From: Candidatus Saccharimonadales bacterium
Lineage (GTDB): Bacteria > Patescibacteriota > Saccharimonadia > Saccharimonadales > UBA10212
Reading direction: 5' to 3'
DNA length: 64,000 bases
Assembly (NCBI GenBank): GCA_035717985.1
Contig: DASTHW010000013.1
Coordinates: forward strand, 7,656-71,655
The stretch's first letter is position 1, and each line of letters begins with the position of its first letter. Shown here piece after piece: positions 1 through 9,149 of this stretch. Below the pieces are notes generated by a model that searched no databases, was not told where the DNA came from, and was given only the letters and a program-made list of their open reading frames with translations. The position numbers were made by a program, and so were the translations under genes.

Positions 1-1769
1 TCCGGAATCGAAAACAGCAGGTCGCCCCGGCCAAGCAGTTTTTCAGCACCGACTTGGTCGATTATGGTGCGACTGTCTACCTGGCTAACCACCGTAAAGG
101 CAATCCGAGCCGGTACGTTAGCTTTAATCAAGCCGGTAATCACATCTACGCTAGGCCGTTGGGTAGCAATTACTAGGTGGATACCGGCGGCCCGGGCCTT
201 TTGGGCAAGGCGGACTATCAAAGTTTCCACATCACGGGCGGCCATCATCATTAGATCAGCCAGCTCGTCGATCACCACTACGATGTAGGGCATGCCTTCT
301 TCTTTTTTCAGGCTGTTATATTCTCCAATATTGCGCTTGCCTACCTCGGCGAAGGCTTTCAAGCGCCGGTCCATCTCAGCTACCGCCCACTTCAGCGCGC
401 TGATACACTTTTCCGGCTCCGTAATCACCGGGCTCAAAAGGTGCGGAATGTCATGATAAAGTGCCATCTCTACCTGTTTTGGGTCAACTAAAATCAGCTT
501 TAAATCGGCCGGGCTATTGCGGTAAAGCAAGCTGGTCAACAGTGTATTAATCATCACGCTTTTACCAGAGCCGGTTTGGCCAGCAATTAGTAGGTGCGGC
601 ATGCTATCGAGATTCCCTACCACTGGTGTGCCGGCAATATCTTTGCCGATTGTGAAGCCCAGCGGGCTTTTAAGCTCGCGCCACTGCTCGCTAGCTATCA
701 GACCATGCACTGTCACCGTAGCCGCCTTAACGTTCGGCACCTCTACGCCAACTGAGCGCTTGCCGGGAATCGGTGCTTCCATACGGATGCTATTGGCGGC
801 CAAATCCAGCTTAAGATTGTCCTCTAGGGCCGTTAGTTTTGATAATTTAACTCCGGTGGGTGGCTTGATAGTGTACTGAGTGACCCGAGGGCCGACATTG
901 GCGCCCTCTACCTCAACGTTGATATTAAAGTTTTCAAAAGTGCTCTTGATAGTTTCGGCATTGGCGGCCACATTGCCGGCGTCAGCCTTATCCTGCTTAT
1001 CGTTAAGAAGGTTAAGCGGAGGGAATTGCCAATCCGGATCACTAGCTACCGTCAGGGCGGCGTGATCTTGCTCCGGCGTTAGTTTTTGGGCGGTATTACG
1101 CAGGCTGGTCATGCGCGACGGTACATGGTGCTCTACCGGCACTCCCTCATGTAGTTGAAAGCCGCTGGCCTTTTTCTTAAGGTCGGCTAGGTCCTCGCTA
1201 GCACTCTCCTCCTCGCCGGCCTCAGCTTTGGGCTTTAGGGCGCTAAACAGCTTTAAGAGCGTTTTAGGCTCCACGCTAAAGGTAAATAGTAGGGCAAAGA
1301 CTGCCAATATAAAGAAGATTAGCGACGATAAAAAGCGCCCCAAGGCCCCTTCAACTGCCTTGCCAACAGCCTCGCCAACCACGCCGCCATGACCGCCGAT
1401 TAGAAGGCCGGTAGCCGCATCGGTGTGTAAAAAGGCGGTATAAAGCCAGCTAGCTAAAAACAACCACAGGGCGGCGATACCTAAAATTTTGTGAAACGGC
1501 GTACGCTGATCTTCACTGGCAAACTTCAAACCGCCCAAATAGATTAGGGTTATTGGGGCAATTACACTGGCCGCGCCAATCGCCCACCAAAAGCCGTTCC
1601 AAAGATCATGCGGCACTGGCGCTCCGATAAAGGCTCCAAACAGTAAAACAATCCCTAAAATAATTAAAACTACAGCTCCAAAACCACGCCAAAAGTTACT
1701 GCTCGGTTTTTTGAGCTCAGTTTTCTTTTTAGCGCCCCTGGGTCTGCCTGGTTTTCGTTTTTTAGCCAT
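1..1769 (-). CDS. ftsK: DNA translocase FtsK/SpoIIIE (3' end runs off window)
   Basis: Manual translation from ATG at 1769 (MAKKRKPGRP...), N-terminal TM segments, Walker A GQTGSGKS, RAAGIHLVIATQRP, GAEKLLGRGD. Confidence 0.95.
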   Translation of the reverse strand, partial: MAKKRKPGRPRGAKKKTELKKPSSNFWRGFGAVVLIILGIVLLFGAFIGAPVPHDLWNGFWWAIGAASVIAPITLIYLGGLKFASEDQRTPFHKILGIAALWLFLASWLYTAFLHTDAATGLLIGGHGGVVGEAVGKAVEGALGRFLSSLIFFILAVFALLFTFSVEPKTLLKLFSALKPKAEAGEEESASEDLADLKKKASGFQLHEGVPVEHHVPSRMTSLRNTAQKLTPEQDHAALTVASDPDWQFPPLNLLNDKQDKADAGNVAANAETIKSTFENFNINVEVEGANVGPRVTQYTIKPPTGVKLSKLTALEDNLKLDLAANSIRMEAPIPGKRSVGVEVPNVKAATVTVHGLIASEQWRELKSPLGFTIGKDIAGTPVVGNLDSMPHLLIAGQTGSGKSVMINTLLTSLLYRNSPADLKLILVDPKQVEMALYHDIPHLLSPVITEPEKCISALKWAVAEMDRRLKAFAEVGKRNIGEYNSLKKEEGMPYIVVVIDELADLMMMAARDVETLIVRLAQKARAAGIHLVIATQRPSVDVITGLIKANVPARIAFTVVSQVDSRTIIDQVGAEKLLGRGDLLFSIP

Positions 1770-1863
1770 GCCTAATCATTATAACCTGTTTTAGAGGCTA
1801 ACCTATCTGGTAGGTTAGCTGTTGTAATTATAACATGATTATGCTTGCTCTGTCAAACTATAG

Positions 1864-2028
1864 CTAGCCAAAGAAGCCACTACTTTCTTCCTCGGCCTCC
1901 GACTTCTTCTCTTCAGCCTTTTCAGCTTCTTCTTTAGCTTCATCCAGTTTTTCAATTTTTTCTTCTAGCTCTTCCTTCTCCTTTTCTTTCTCTTTCTTTT
2001 TTTCTTCTAGTTCATCAGGGTCTGGCAT
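1864..2028 (-). CDS. small highly charged (E/K) 54-aa protein ending GFFG
   Basis: Manual translation MPDPDELEEKKKEKEKEKEELEEKIEKLDEAKEEAEKAEEKKSEAEEESSGFFG; strong SD TAAGGAGG 4 nt before ATG; below ORF-track cutoff. Confidence 0.7.
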   Translation of the reverse strand: MPDPDELEEKKKEKEKEKEELEEKIEKLDEAKEEAEKAEEKKSEAEEESSGFFG

Positions 2029-2087
2029 GGCTCCTCCTTATACCTTGCCTATTTAACCTTCACAAACTCGGCTCTAGCAGTAAGAAT

Positions 2088-2540
2088 TTAGTCTTTTATA
2101 TAAAGCAGGACAAAGTTTTCAACCTTAGCCGGTACAAGATTGGGAAAATAAAAATAATTACAGACAATACGGGCGCCGGATTTGGCCTCAGCTAAAATCT
2201 TCTTTTCAAGAGCCGGCATAATAGAGCGAATACCAAAAACGGTAATGATATCGTAGGGCCCTAAGTTGTGATCCCAAAAGTTGGCCTGCTCAATTTTAGC
2301 CTGGCGGGCGAGGCCAGCCTTCTTTAAACGGTCTTGGGCCAGTTTAGCCCGCTCGCTGTCAATTTCTAAACCGAGTGCTCGGGCGCCAGCTTTAGCCATC
2401 GCAATTACCACTCGGCCGTCGCCGGCGCCCAAATCGAGGCTGTTGTCACCGGCCCCCGCCTTGGCAAACTTCAGCATTATCTCCAGCCGGTCATCAGAGC
2501 TGGGCACGTAAGGAATATCATAGTTATCATCGCTAGCCAC
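2088..2540 (-). CDS. class I SAM-dependent methyltransferase
   Basis: PYVPS, DLGAGDGR glycine-rich motif I, GLEID. Confidence 0.85.
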   Translation of the reverse strand: MASDDNYDIPYVPSSDDRLEIMLKFAKAGAGDNSLDLGAGDGRVVIAMAKAGARALGLEIDSERAKLAQDRLKKAGLARQAKIEQANFWDHNLGPYDIITVFGIRSIMPALEKKILAEAKSGARIVCNYFYFPNLVPAKVENFVLLYIKD

Positions 2541-2639
2541 TAGCTAGCAATTATTGGCCTCTTGCTATTCTTGACGCTATAAAATTTTACTCACCTGTCT
2601 AGCTACTGATAAATCTTGCCACGCCGGCATTTAATCAAG

Positions 2640-2813
2640 GACTGACGCGTTTTCGCCTGAGCGCAGTATAAGGAAAAGTTGAGCAACAGACTGAGCCGTA
2701 TATTAATACAGTGAAGGAGTAGCGCAGATTTTGACATAGTAATGCGCCAGGAGTGCCGGCGGAGTTGCCAGCTCTGCTGGCAAGCAGACCGGCGCGGCGA
2801 AAGCGCGTCAGTC
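2640..2813. repeat. palindromic ~174-bp element, copy A
   Basis: Terminal inverted repeat GACTGACGCGTTTTCGCC / GGCGAAAGCGCGTCAGTC (17/18); core GACTGAGCCGTATATTAATACAGTGAAGGAGTAGCGCAG shared with 49261-49433. Confidence 0.75.
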
Positions 2814-4850
2814 GACGCGGGCGTCTTGATTCAAAAGCCGCTGGCGCATCTGAGCAAAGCGCCTTTGCTGTTCTAGGGCAATCTCTTCAGGTGACTTTTC
2901 AGCCGTGCTGTTTCCATTGCCAACGGCGGTAGTTACCTTTTCTGTCCGGCCGCCAATAATATTGACTACCGGGATAACGATAGGGCTCCGCTGGGTCCGC
3001 TCATATAGAAAGTGGGTGATGTAGTCTTTGAGTTCAGCCTTAAAGCGGTCTAAATCTACCCGCTTAAAGCGCTGGGTAACCGCCCGGCGCAGTTCGGCCC
3101 GAAAGTCATTCATCAACTGCTCGTTCTCTTTCATATAGATGAAGCCACGGCTGATGATATCTGGACTGGTTAACAGCGAGCCGGTCTTTTTATCGATGGT
3201 CAGCACTACGGCTACTAGCCCTTCTTCAGCCAGCAAGACCCGGTCTTTAATGACTACGTTAGGCACAATCGACCCGGTCTGGTCGACCAAAATGGTACCG
3301 TGCGGCACTTGGCCACTAATTTGGATTTTGTCTTTAGTGACCGAAATGACATCGCCGTTTTCAGCGTTAATACAGTTCGAGCGCGGAATGCCCTGCTCGA
3401 TAGCAATATCGATGTGCCGCTTTTTAGAGCGGTATGGCCCCCACATGGGGATGAAGAATTTGGGCTTGACCATGGCTATCATTTCGCCGAACTCTTCCAT
3501 ACTGCCGTGACCGGATACATGCAGTGGTCCGGCGCCGTCAATATCATGAGTTTCATGACGAAAGACATGCACGCCTTTACGCATTAAATCATCCACCATG
3601 ACACCAATTAGGGCGTCGTTACCAGTCTCCGGAATCGGCGTACTAGACAAAATTACGGTGTCTTGTTCTTTTAGGCTGACATGTTTGTGGTCGCCCATAC
3701 TCATGCGCACCAGGGCCGAATTGGGCTCGCCTTGGCCGCCGGTACAAACTACCACCACATCTTGATCTTTCAGCGAAGGCACGCTGGCAATCGGCACAAA
3801 TGTACCTTTTGGAATCTTCATGAAACCATTACGCACGGCCATCTCAAGAGTCGAAATCATGCTCCGGCCATCAAGCGCGATTTTGCGGTTATGATGCACG
3901 GCCGCGTTGACTATCATCTGGATACGGTTAACATTGGTCGAGAATATGGCAATGAAAATCCGGCCCGGCGCCTGCTCCATAATATTGATGAAGCTTTGTT
4001 CAAGGTTACTTTCACTGGGAGTGCGGCCCGGGCGCTCGGTTGTGGTCGACTCGCTCATTAGAACCAGCACATTATCTTTAGCTAGCTCTTTGATGCGGTC
4101 AATGTCGGTGCGCTCGTGGTCTAGCGGGTTGGGGTCCAGCCGGAAGTCGCCGGTATTTATCAGGCGGCCAATCGGCGTATCAATGGCTATCAACGTGCTT
4201 CCCGGGATGGAATGGGTTATGCGCACCAGCTCAATGTAGAACTGGCCTAGTTTTAGCCGCTCATGGGTATCTTCGTTCATAGCGACAGTTTTCAGCTCAA
4301 AGCCTTCCGGCATGGGCAAACCAAAGTTCTGAAAGATTTCCTCTACCCGGCCGATGGTAAAGCGGCTACCGTACACCGGCACACCAGGGTAATTTGGCAA
4401 AATGTGCGGCAAGGCACCGATATGGTCTAGATGTCCATGGCTTATTACAAAACCGCGTAGTTTAGATTTGATTTGGTCCAGATAGGTAGTATCACTGATG
4501 GCGTAGTTAATCCCGGGCAGGTCAACGCCTAAATCGTTACCGCAGTCAATAACAATGGCGTCATTTTGATACTCGATCACCAGCATGTTTTTACTACCGC
4601 CGCCGTCAAAACCGCCCAAGCCGATAATTTTCAGTTGGGGGCTATCATCAATGACGTTTGCCCGCTTGGGCTTAGGGCCAGCCGAGGCCGCCAGATATTG
4701 ATTGGCTTTACGGTTAGCATCAGACACAGCCTGTTTTTGAGCCCGGATGGCCGCCCCGCGGCTAAGGCTCCGCCCGCCACCGGCTGGGCGCTTATTTTTG
4801 TCGCCAGCGCCAGACTTATTTGGTTGGTTTTTAGATTGATTTTTCTCCAT
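2808..4850 (-). CDS. rnj: ribonuclease J
   Basis: Metallo-beta-lactamase HGHLDHIG, THSIP, TGDF, HVSGH, SRGFIY. Confidence 0.95.
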   Translation of the reverse strand: MEKNQSKNQPNKSGAGDKNKRPAGGGRSLSRGAAIRAQKQAVSDANRKANQYLAASAGPKPKRANVIDDSPQLKIIGLGGFDGGGSKNMLVIEYQNDAIVIDCGNDLGVDLPGINYAISDTTYLDQIKSKLRGFVISHGHLDHIGALPHILPNYPGVPVYGSRFTIGRVEEIFQNFGLPMPEGFELKTVAMNEDTHERLKLGQFYIELVRITHSIPGSTLIAIDTPIGRLINTGDFRLDPNPLDHERTDIDRIKELAKDNVLVLMSESTTTERPGRTPSESNLEQSFINIMEQAPGRIFIAIFSTNVNRIQMIVNAAVHHNRKIALDGRSMISTLEMAVRNGFMKIPKGTFVPIASVPSLKDQDVVVVCTGGQGEPNSALVRMSMGDHKHVSLKEQDTVILSSTPIPETGNDALIGVMVDDLMRKGVHVFRHETHDIDGAGPLHVSGHGSMEEFGEMIAMVKPKFFIPMWGPYRSKKRHIDIAIEQGIPRSNCINAENGDVISVTKDKIQISGQVPHGTILVDQTGSIVPNVVIKDRVLLAEEGLVAVVLTIDKKTGSLLTSPDIISRGFIYMKENEQLMNDFRAELRRAVTQRFKRVDLDRFKAELKDYITHFLYERTQRSPIVIPVVNIIGGRTEKVTTAVGNGNSTAEKSPEEIALEQQRRFAQMRQRLLNQDARVD

Positions 4851-4889
4851 ATGTTCCTTTCTTTTTAGAGATTTATAAAATTAGTTTTC

Positions 4890-5495
4890 TTAAATTTTGG
4901 CTAAAGTTAGCGGGATTTTGGCAAAATCTTCAATTAACGTCTCCCGCATGGCGCCGTTATAAAGGGCCGCCGCCGGATGAAAAAGCGGTAGGATGACCCA
5001 AGTCGCAGTTTTGTCTTCACCGCCGGCGTCTAAGCGAACTTTAATCCGCTTTGGCTGGCCGTGGCACTGACTAATTTTGAGTCCGGGAAGAAGGGTCTCC
5101 ATGCTATGCCGCCCCAGCGTCACTATCAACTTTGGATTAATGACCATCAGCTGTTTTTTCAGATAGGGCAAGAAGGCTATTTTCTCCTCGGGCAAAGGGT
5201 CGCGGTTATTCGGAGGCCGGTATTTAACGATGTTAGTTATATAAACATCTTTTCTGTCCAGACCAATGCCGGCCAGCATTTCGTTCAAGAATTTGCCGGC
5301 CGCCCCGACAAACGGCAGACCCTGCTCGTCCTCATTTTTACCCGGCGCCTCGCCGATAAATACCACTTCGGCCGAGGCGTTACCGTCGCCAAAAACCAGC
5401 TGGGTAGCAGAACTCGCCAGCTCGCTACAGACCCGGGCGTCTAAGATTTTCTTTTTAATGTCGTCTAATTCGGACTGCTTAGTTTTTACTGCCAC
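4890..5495 (-). CDS. uracil-DNA glycosylase family 4
   Basis: GEAPG, PFVGAAG, KYRPPNNR, HPAA motifs. Confidence 0.93.
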   Translation of the reverse strand: MAVKTKQSELDDIKKKILDARVCSELASSATQLVFGDGNASAEVVFIGEAPGKNEDEQGLPFVGAAGKFLNEMLAGIGLDRKDVYITNIVKYRPPNNRDPLPEEKIAFLPYLKKQLMVINPKLIVTLGRHSMETLLPGLKISQCHGQPKRIKVRLDAGGEDKTATWVILPLFHPAAALYNGAMRETLIEDFAKIPLTLAKI

Positions 5496-7623
5496 TGCTT
5501 TTAGTTAATTCTCTCTGGGCGGCTTTCATTGATAGCTGAAGTCGGCCACGGTCGTCAATGGCCACCAACTTGACGGTTACCTTGTCGCCTTCTTTAACTA
5601 CATCGCTGGGCTTTTCCACCCTCTCTTCTTTCATCTCAGAGACATGGACCAGCCCTTCTTTACCGGGCAAAATTTCTACAAAGGCGCCAAAGTCCAGCAC
5701 GCTGACAACTCGGCAATCCTCGTAGATTTTGCCAACTTCCGGCTCGGCCGTTAGGTGGCGGATGAACTGGATAGCGGCGTCAATACTCTTTTTGTCCGGG
5801 CTGGCAATCATGACCGTGCCGTCATCCTTAATATCAATCTCAGCGCCAGTTTCGGCCACAATTTTATTGATGGTCTCACCGCCCTTACCAATGACCTCAC
5901 GGATTTTATCGGGATTAATGCTAATCGCCTCAACCCGTGGCGCATATGGGCTCATTTCACTGCGCGGGCCGGCTAGGGTGCTCAGCATGTGGCGCAGTAT
6001 CTCAGCCCGGCCGCCTTTAGCCTGGGCTAGCGCCTTAGCCATAATCTCTGGTGTAATGCCGTGCACTTTGATGTCCATTTGGAGCGCTGTAATGCCCTTT
6101 TGGGTACCGGCTACCTTAAAGTCCATGTCACCGGCAAAATCCTCAGCGCCGGCAATATCAGATAGCACTACATATTTTTTGCTATCCGGGTCAGTCACTA
6201 GGCCCATAGCAATGCCGCTAACGGGCGCTTTCAAAGGCACACCGGCATCCATCAGGCTAAGACAGCCGCTACAAGTAGCCGCCATAGATGTGGAACCGTT
6301 ACTGCTCATAATCTCAGTCACGGTACGGATAGTATATGGAAAGTCTTTTTCGTCAGGAATCACGGCTGACAAGGCCCGCTGGGCTAGAGCCGAGTGGCCG
6401 ATTTCCCGCCGGCCGGGGCTACCTAGGCGCTTAATCTCACCAGAGGCATAGCCAGGCATATTGTAGTGGTGAAAGAAGCGCCTCTCTTCGTTAGCTTCCA
6501 TGGTATCAACTAGCTGGGCGTAGCTGAGCGGCGCCAGCGTGGTCACATTCAAGGCCTGAGTCGAACCGCGGGTAAAAATGCTACTTCCGTGGGCCCTTGG
6601 TAGAACGCCTACCTCACTGGACAAGGTGCGGATTTGATCGGGTTTACGGTTATCGGGCCGCAGGCCGTCTTGCAAAATAGCCCGGCGGACTTCTTTTTTA
6701 ATGGCTGAGTCAAAAGCCTCAATATACTCCGTTAAGTCGGCCTCCTCGCCCAGCTCTCCCCTGAAATGCTCGGTTAGCTGGTCTTTCAAAGCGTCAATTT
6801 TTTGACCACGCTCTTCTTGGTTGCCGCGAGTGTCGGTCAGCTTGCCGGCTAAGAATTTATCAACGGCTTTTTGAACTGATTCGTCCGGTAAGGCTAGTTC
6901 ATAATCGCGGGCTTTGGTACCCACTTTTTTAGCCAACTCCTCCTGCAGGGCAATCGCCGGCTGGATAGATTTATGCGCCAGCTCGATAGCCGAGACCATA
7001 GTCGACTCATCTACTTCACCTGCGCCGGCTTCTACCATCATGATGGCGCCAGCCGTACCGGCTACCGTTAGATCTAGATCGCTGTCAGCTAGCTCTAAAG
7101 CAGTTGGGTAAGCCTTCAGCTTGCCGTCCACCAAACCAACTCGCACCCCAGCCACCGGCCCGTCAAACGGCGCACCAGACAGCTTTAGGGCCGTACTAAC
7201 TGCAATCATGGCCGGAATATCAGACTTTAACTCAGGATCCAGGCTTAGCACCATAGCAATAGCCTGCACTTCATCACGGTAGCCTTTCGGGAATAGCGGC
7301 CGGATCGGCCTATCTATCAGGCGGCCGGCTAAAATGGCTTCCTCGCTAGGCCGGCCCTCACGCTTAATAAAGCGGCTTCCGCTAATCTTGCCAGCGGCAT
7401 AAAAACGCTCCTCATAGTCAACGCTTAAAGGGAAAAAATCCAGGCCAGGCACCGGCGGACCAACACTAACAATAGCCTCCACTACGGTGTCGCCATAGCG
7501 GACCGTTACCGCCGAGGTGGCCTGAAAAGCCAGCCGGCCGGTCTCAAGCGTCAATTTACGGCCGCAAAAGTCGCCGCTGACACTGATTATCTTTTTACCA
7601 AAGGGGTTTATGGTACTAGCCAT
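5479..7623 (-). CDS. pnp: polyribonucleotide nucleotidyltransferase (PNPase)
   Basis: RRE.GH, SNGSTSMA, GDMDFKVAG, KH (IGKGG) and S1 domains. Confidence 0.98.
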   Translation of the reverse strand: MASTINPFGKKIISVSGDFCGRKLTLETGRLAFQATSAVTVRYGDTVVEAIVSVGPPVPGLDFFPLSVDYEERFYAAGKISGSRFIKREGRPSEEAILAGRLIDRPIRPLFPKGYRDEVQAIAMVLSLDPELKSDIPAMIAVSTALKLSGAPFDGPVAGVRVGLVDGKLKAYPTALELADSDLDLTVAGTAGAIMMVEAGAGEVDESTMVSAIELAHKSIQPAIALQEELAKKVGTKARDYELALPDESVQKAVDKFLAGKLTDTRGNQEERGQKIDALKDQLTEHFRGELGEEADLTEYIEAFDSAIKKEVRRAILQDGLRPDNRKPDQIRTLSSEVGVLPRAHGSSIFTRGSTQALNVTTLAPLSYAQLVDTMEANEERRFFHHYNMPGYASGEIKRLGSPGRREIGHSALAQRALSAVIPDEKDFPYTIRTVTEIMSSNGSTSMAATCSGCLSLMDAGVPLKAPVSGIAMGLVTDPDSKKYVVLSDIAGAEDFAGDMDFKVAGTQKGITALQMDIKVHGITPEIMAKALAQAKGGRAEILRHMLSTLAGPRSEMSPYAPRVEAISINPDKIREVIGKGGETINKIVAETGAEIDIKDDGTVMIASPDKKSIDAAIQFIRHLTAEPEVGKIYEDCRVVSVLDFGAFVEILPGKEGLVHVSEMKEERVEKPSDVVKEGDKVTVKLVAIDDRGRLQLSMKAAQRELTKSSGSKN

Positions 7624-7643
7624 AATTCAAAAAATCCTTCCTC

Positions 7644-7727
7644 GCCTTCGCGAACAGGGTGCAGGTATATGGCCACTTGTGCATGTTTTAGATTTGGCAT
7701 ATATCTGAGGCTCTGGTCACGAACGGC
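7644..7727 (-). promoter_or_regulatory. long imperfect stem-loop in rpsO-pnp intergenic region (pnp leader)
   Basis: GCCTTCGCGAACAGGGT..CAGGTATATGGCCA pairs imperfectly with TGGCATATATCTG..GCTCTGGTCACGAACGGC. Confidence 0.5.
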
Positions 7728-7789
7728 TTATTACCTCTTTATAGCGCACAAGCTTGCTCCGCTAAATTAGCGGACCTGTAGTTTGGGCA

Positions 7790-8056
7790 CTACCTTCTGA
7801 TACCTAGTTTTTTAATCAGCTCCAAATATTTATCGCCACTATCTTCGGCAATGTATTTAAGCAGGCGCTTTCGCTTACCAACCAGCTGAAGCAGTGCCCG
7901 GCGGGCGGCATAGTCGTGCTTATGGGTCTTCATATGCTCGGTCAGCTCAGCAATCCGGGCCGTCATAATACCGACCTGGGCCGCCGAGGCACCGCTGTCA
8001 TCTTTAGACTTACCAAGATCAGCAATAATCTTAGCTTTTTTCTCACTAGTTATCAT
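7790..8056 (-). CDS. rpsO: 30S ribosomal protein S15
   Basis: DSG...QV, HKHD, RKRLLKY, LGIRR; upstream of pnp. Confidence 0.95.
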   Translation of the reverse strand: MITSEKKAKIIADLGKSKDDSGASAAQVGIMTARIAELTEHMKTHKHDYAARRALLQLVGKRKRLLKYIAEDSGDKYLELIKKLGIRR

Positions 8057-8098
8057 CTGTTGGCTCTTATCCTAGCACATCAGGGGTGGTTTGACAAC

Positions 8099-8383
8099 TT
8101 ATCTTAAGGCGAATGAGGGCTGGGTTTCAACTTGAACATCTTGGTCGGCGGTTTTAACGGTGGCCGCCAAGCCCTCAAGTACTATTGTCTCAGTTCTAGG
8201 TAATAATCCCGTGTGCGCCATGGCCCCTCCCATCAGATAGGTTAAGGCGATATCTCCCAGCGTCTCTAGAGGCGCCTGCGGCTCAGTTAGACGGTCGATT
8301 CTCTGCCTCTGTTGTTCGAAGACTGTCTGAATCAAGGGCTGAGGGTCATGTTCTTGATAAAACTTAACGGATTGCTCACGCAC
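8099..8383 (-). CDS. hypothetical protein
   Basis: 94-aa ORF with SD TAAGGAGG before GTG, fills truB-rpsO gap. Confidence 0.6.
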   Translation of the reverse strand: MREQSVKFYQEHDPQPLIQTVFEQQRQRIDRLTEPQAPLETLGDIALTYLMGGAMAHTGLLPRTETIVLEGLAATVKTADQDVQVETQPSFALR

Positions 8384-8427
8384 GACGTACCTCCTTAGCA
8401 GAACTTACTTTGGAGGTTTTTGTCTTA

Positions 8428-9093
8428 CTAGCTTATTATATCATTAAGATTAATTTTGTCAATGACTTTCGCCCGCTCTACCGCGTAGTCTCCCACCTTC
8501 GTGCGGCGAAGGGTGGATAAGTAGGCGCCGGTACCAAGTTCTTCGCCAATGTCTTCGGCCAAAGACCGAATGTAGGTGCCGGAGGATACTTTAGTAGTAA
8601 ACTCTAGCCTTGGATAACTATATTTGACCTCTGTTATTTCATATATTTTCACTTGGCGGGGTTCAATCTTTATAGACTTGCCGGCCCGGGCCGCCCTATA
8701 AGCCCTCTGGCCGTCGACCTTAACCGCACTAAAGGCTGGCGGAATTTGGCTTATTAAACCAACAAATTTATTCAAAGCCGGCTCAATTTCAGCCGGCGCA
8801 GGCTGATGAGAACTTTTTTTAGTCAATGAGCCTTCTCGATCGCCCGTTGTGCTTATGGCCCCGAGCGTAATTTCGGCCTTATAAACCTTGTCAAGCTTGC
8901 TAAATTCACCGGCCCGTTTGGTAAACTTGCCAATAACTAAAATCAGCAGACCGCTGGCCATGGGATCCAATGTGCCAGTGTGGCCGACTTTTATTTTGAG
9001 TCCGGTCTTAGCTCTAATAATCGAGCGGACTTTAGCCACCACATCATGCGATGTCCAGCCTTCTGGTTTATCGACCAGCAAAATTCCATCCAT
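8428..9093 (-). CDS. truB: tRNA pseudouridine(55) synthase
   Basis: DKPEGWTSHDVV, GHTGTLDP, SSGTYIRSL. Confidence 0.97.
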   Translation of the reverse strand: MDGILLVDKPEGWTSHDVVAKVRSIIRAKTGLKIKVGHTGTLDPMASGLLILVIGKFTKRAGEFSKLDKVYKAEITLGAISTTGDREGSLTKKSSHQPAPAEIEPALNKFVGLISQIPPAFSAVKVDGQRAYRAARAGKSIKIEPRQVKIYEITEVKYSYPRLEFTTKVSSGTYIRSLAEDIGEELGTGAYLSTLRRTKVGDYAVERAKVIDKINLNDIIS

Positions 9094-9149
9094 GACTCTA
9101 GTTTAAGCTATAAAGACGGCTTTTAGCGTGGCTTGCAGAAGAAGTAGCC

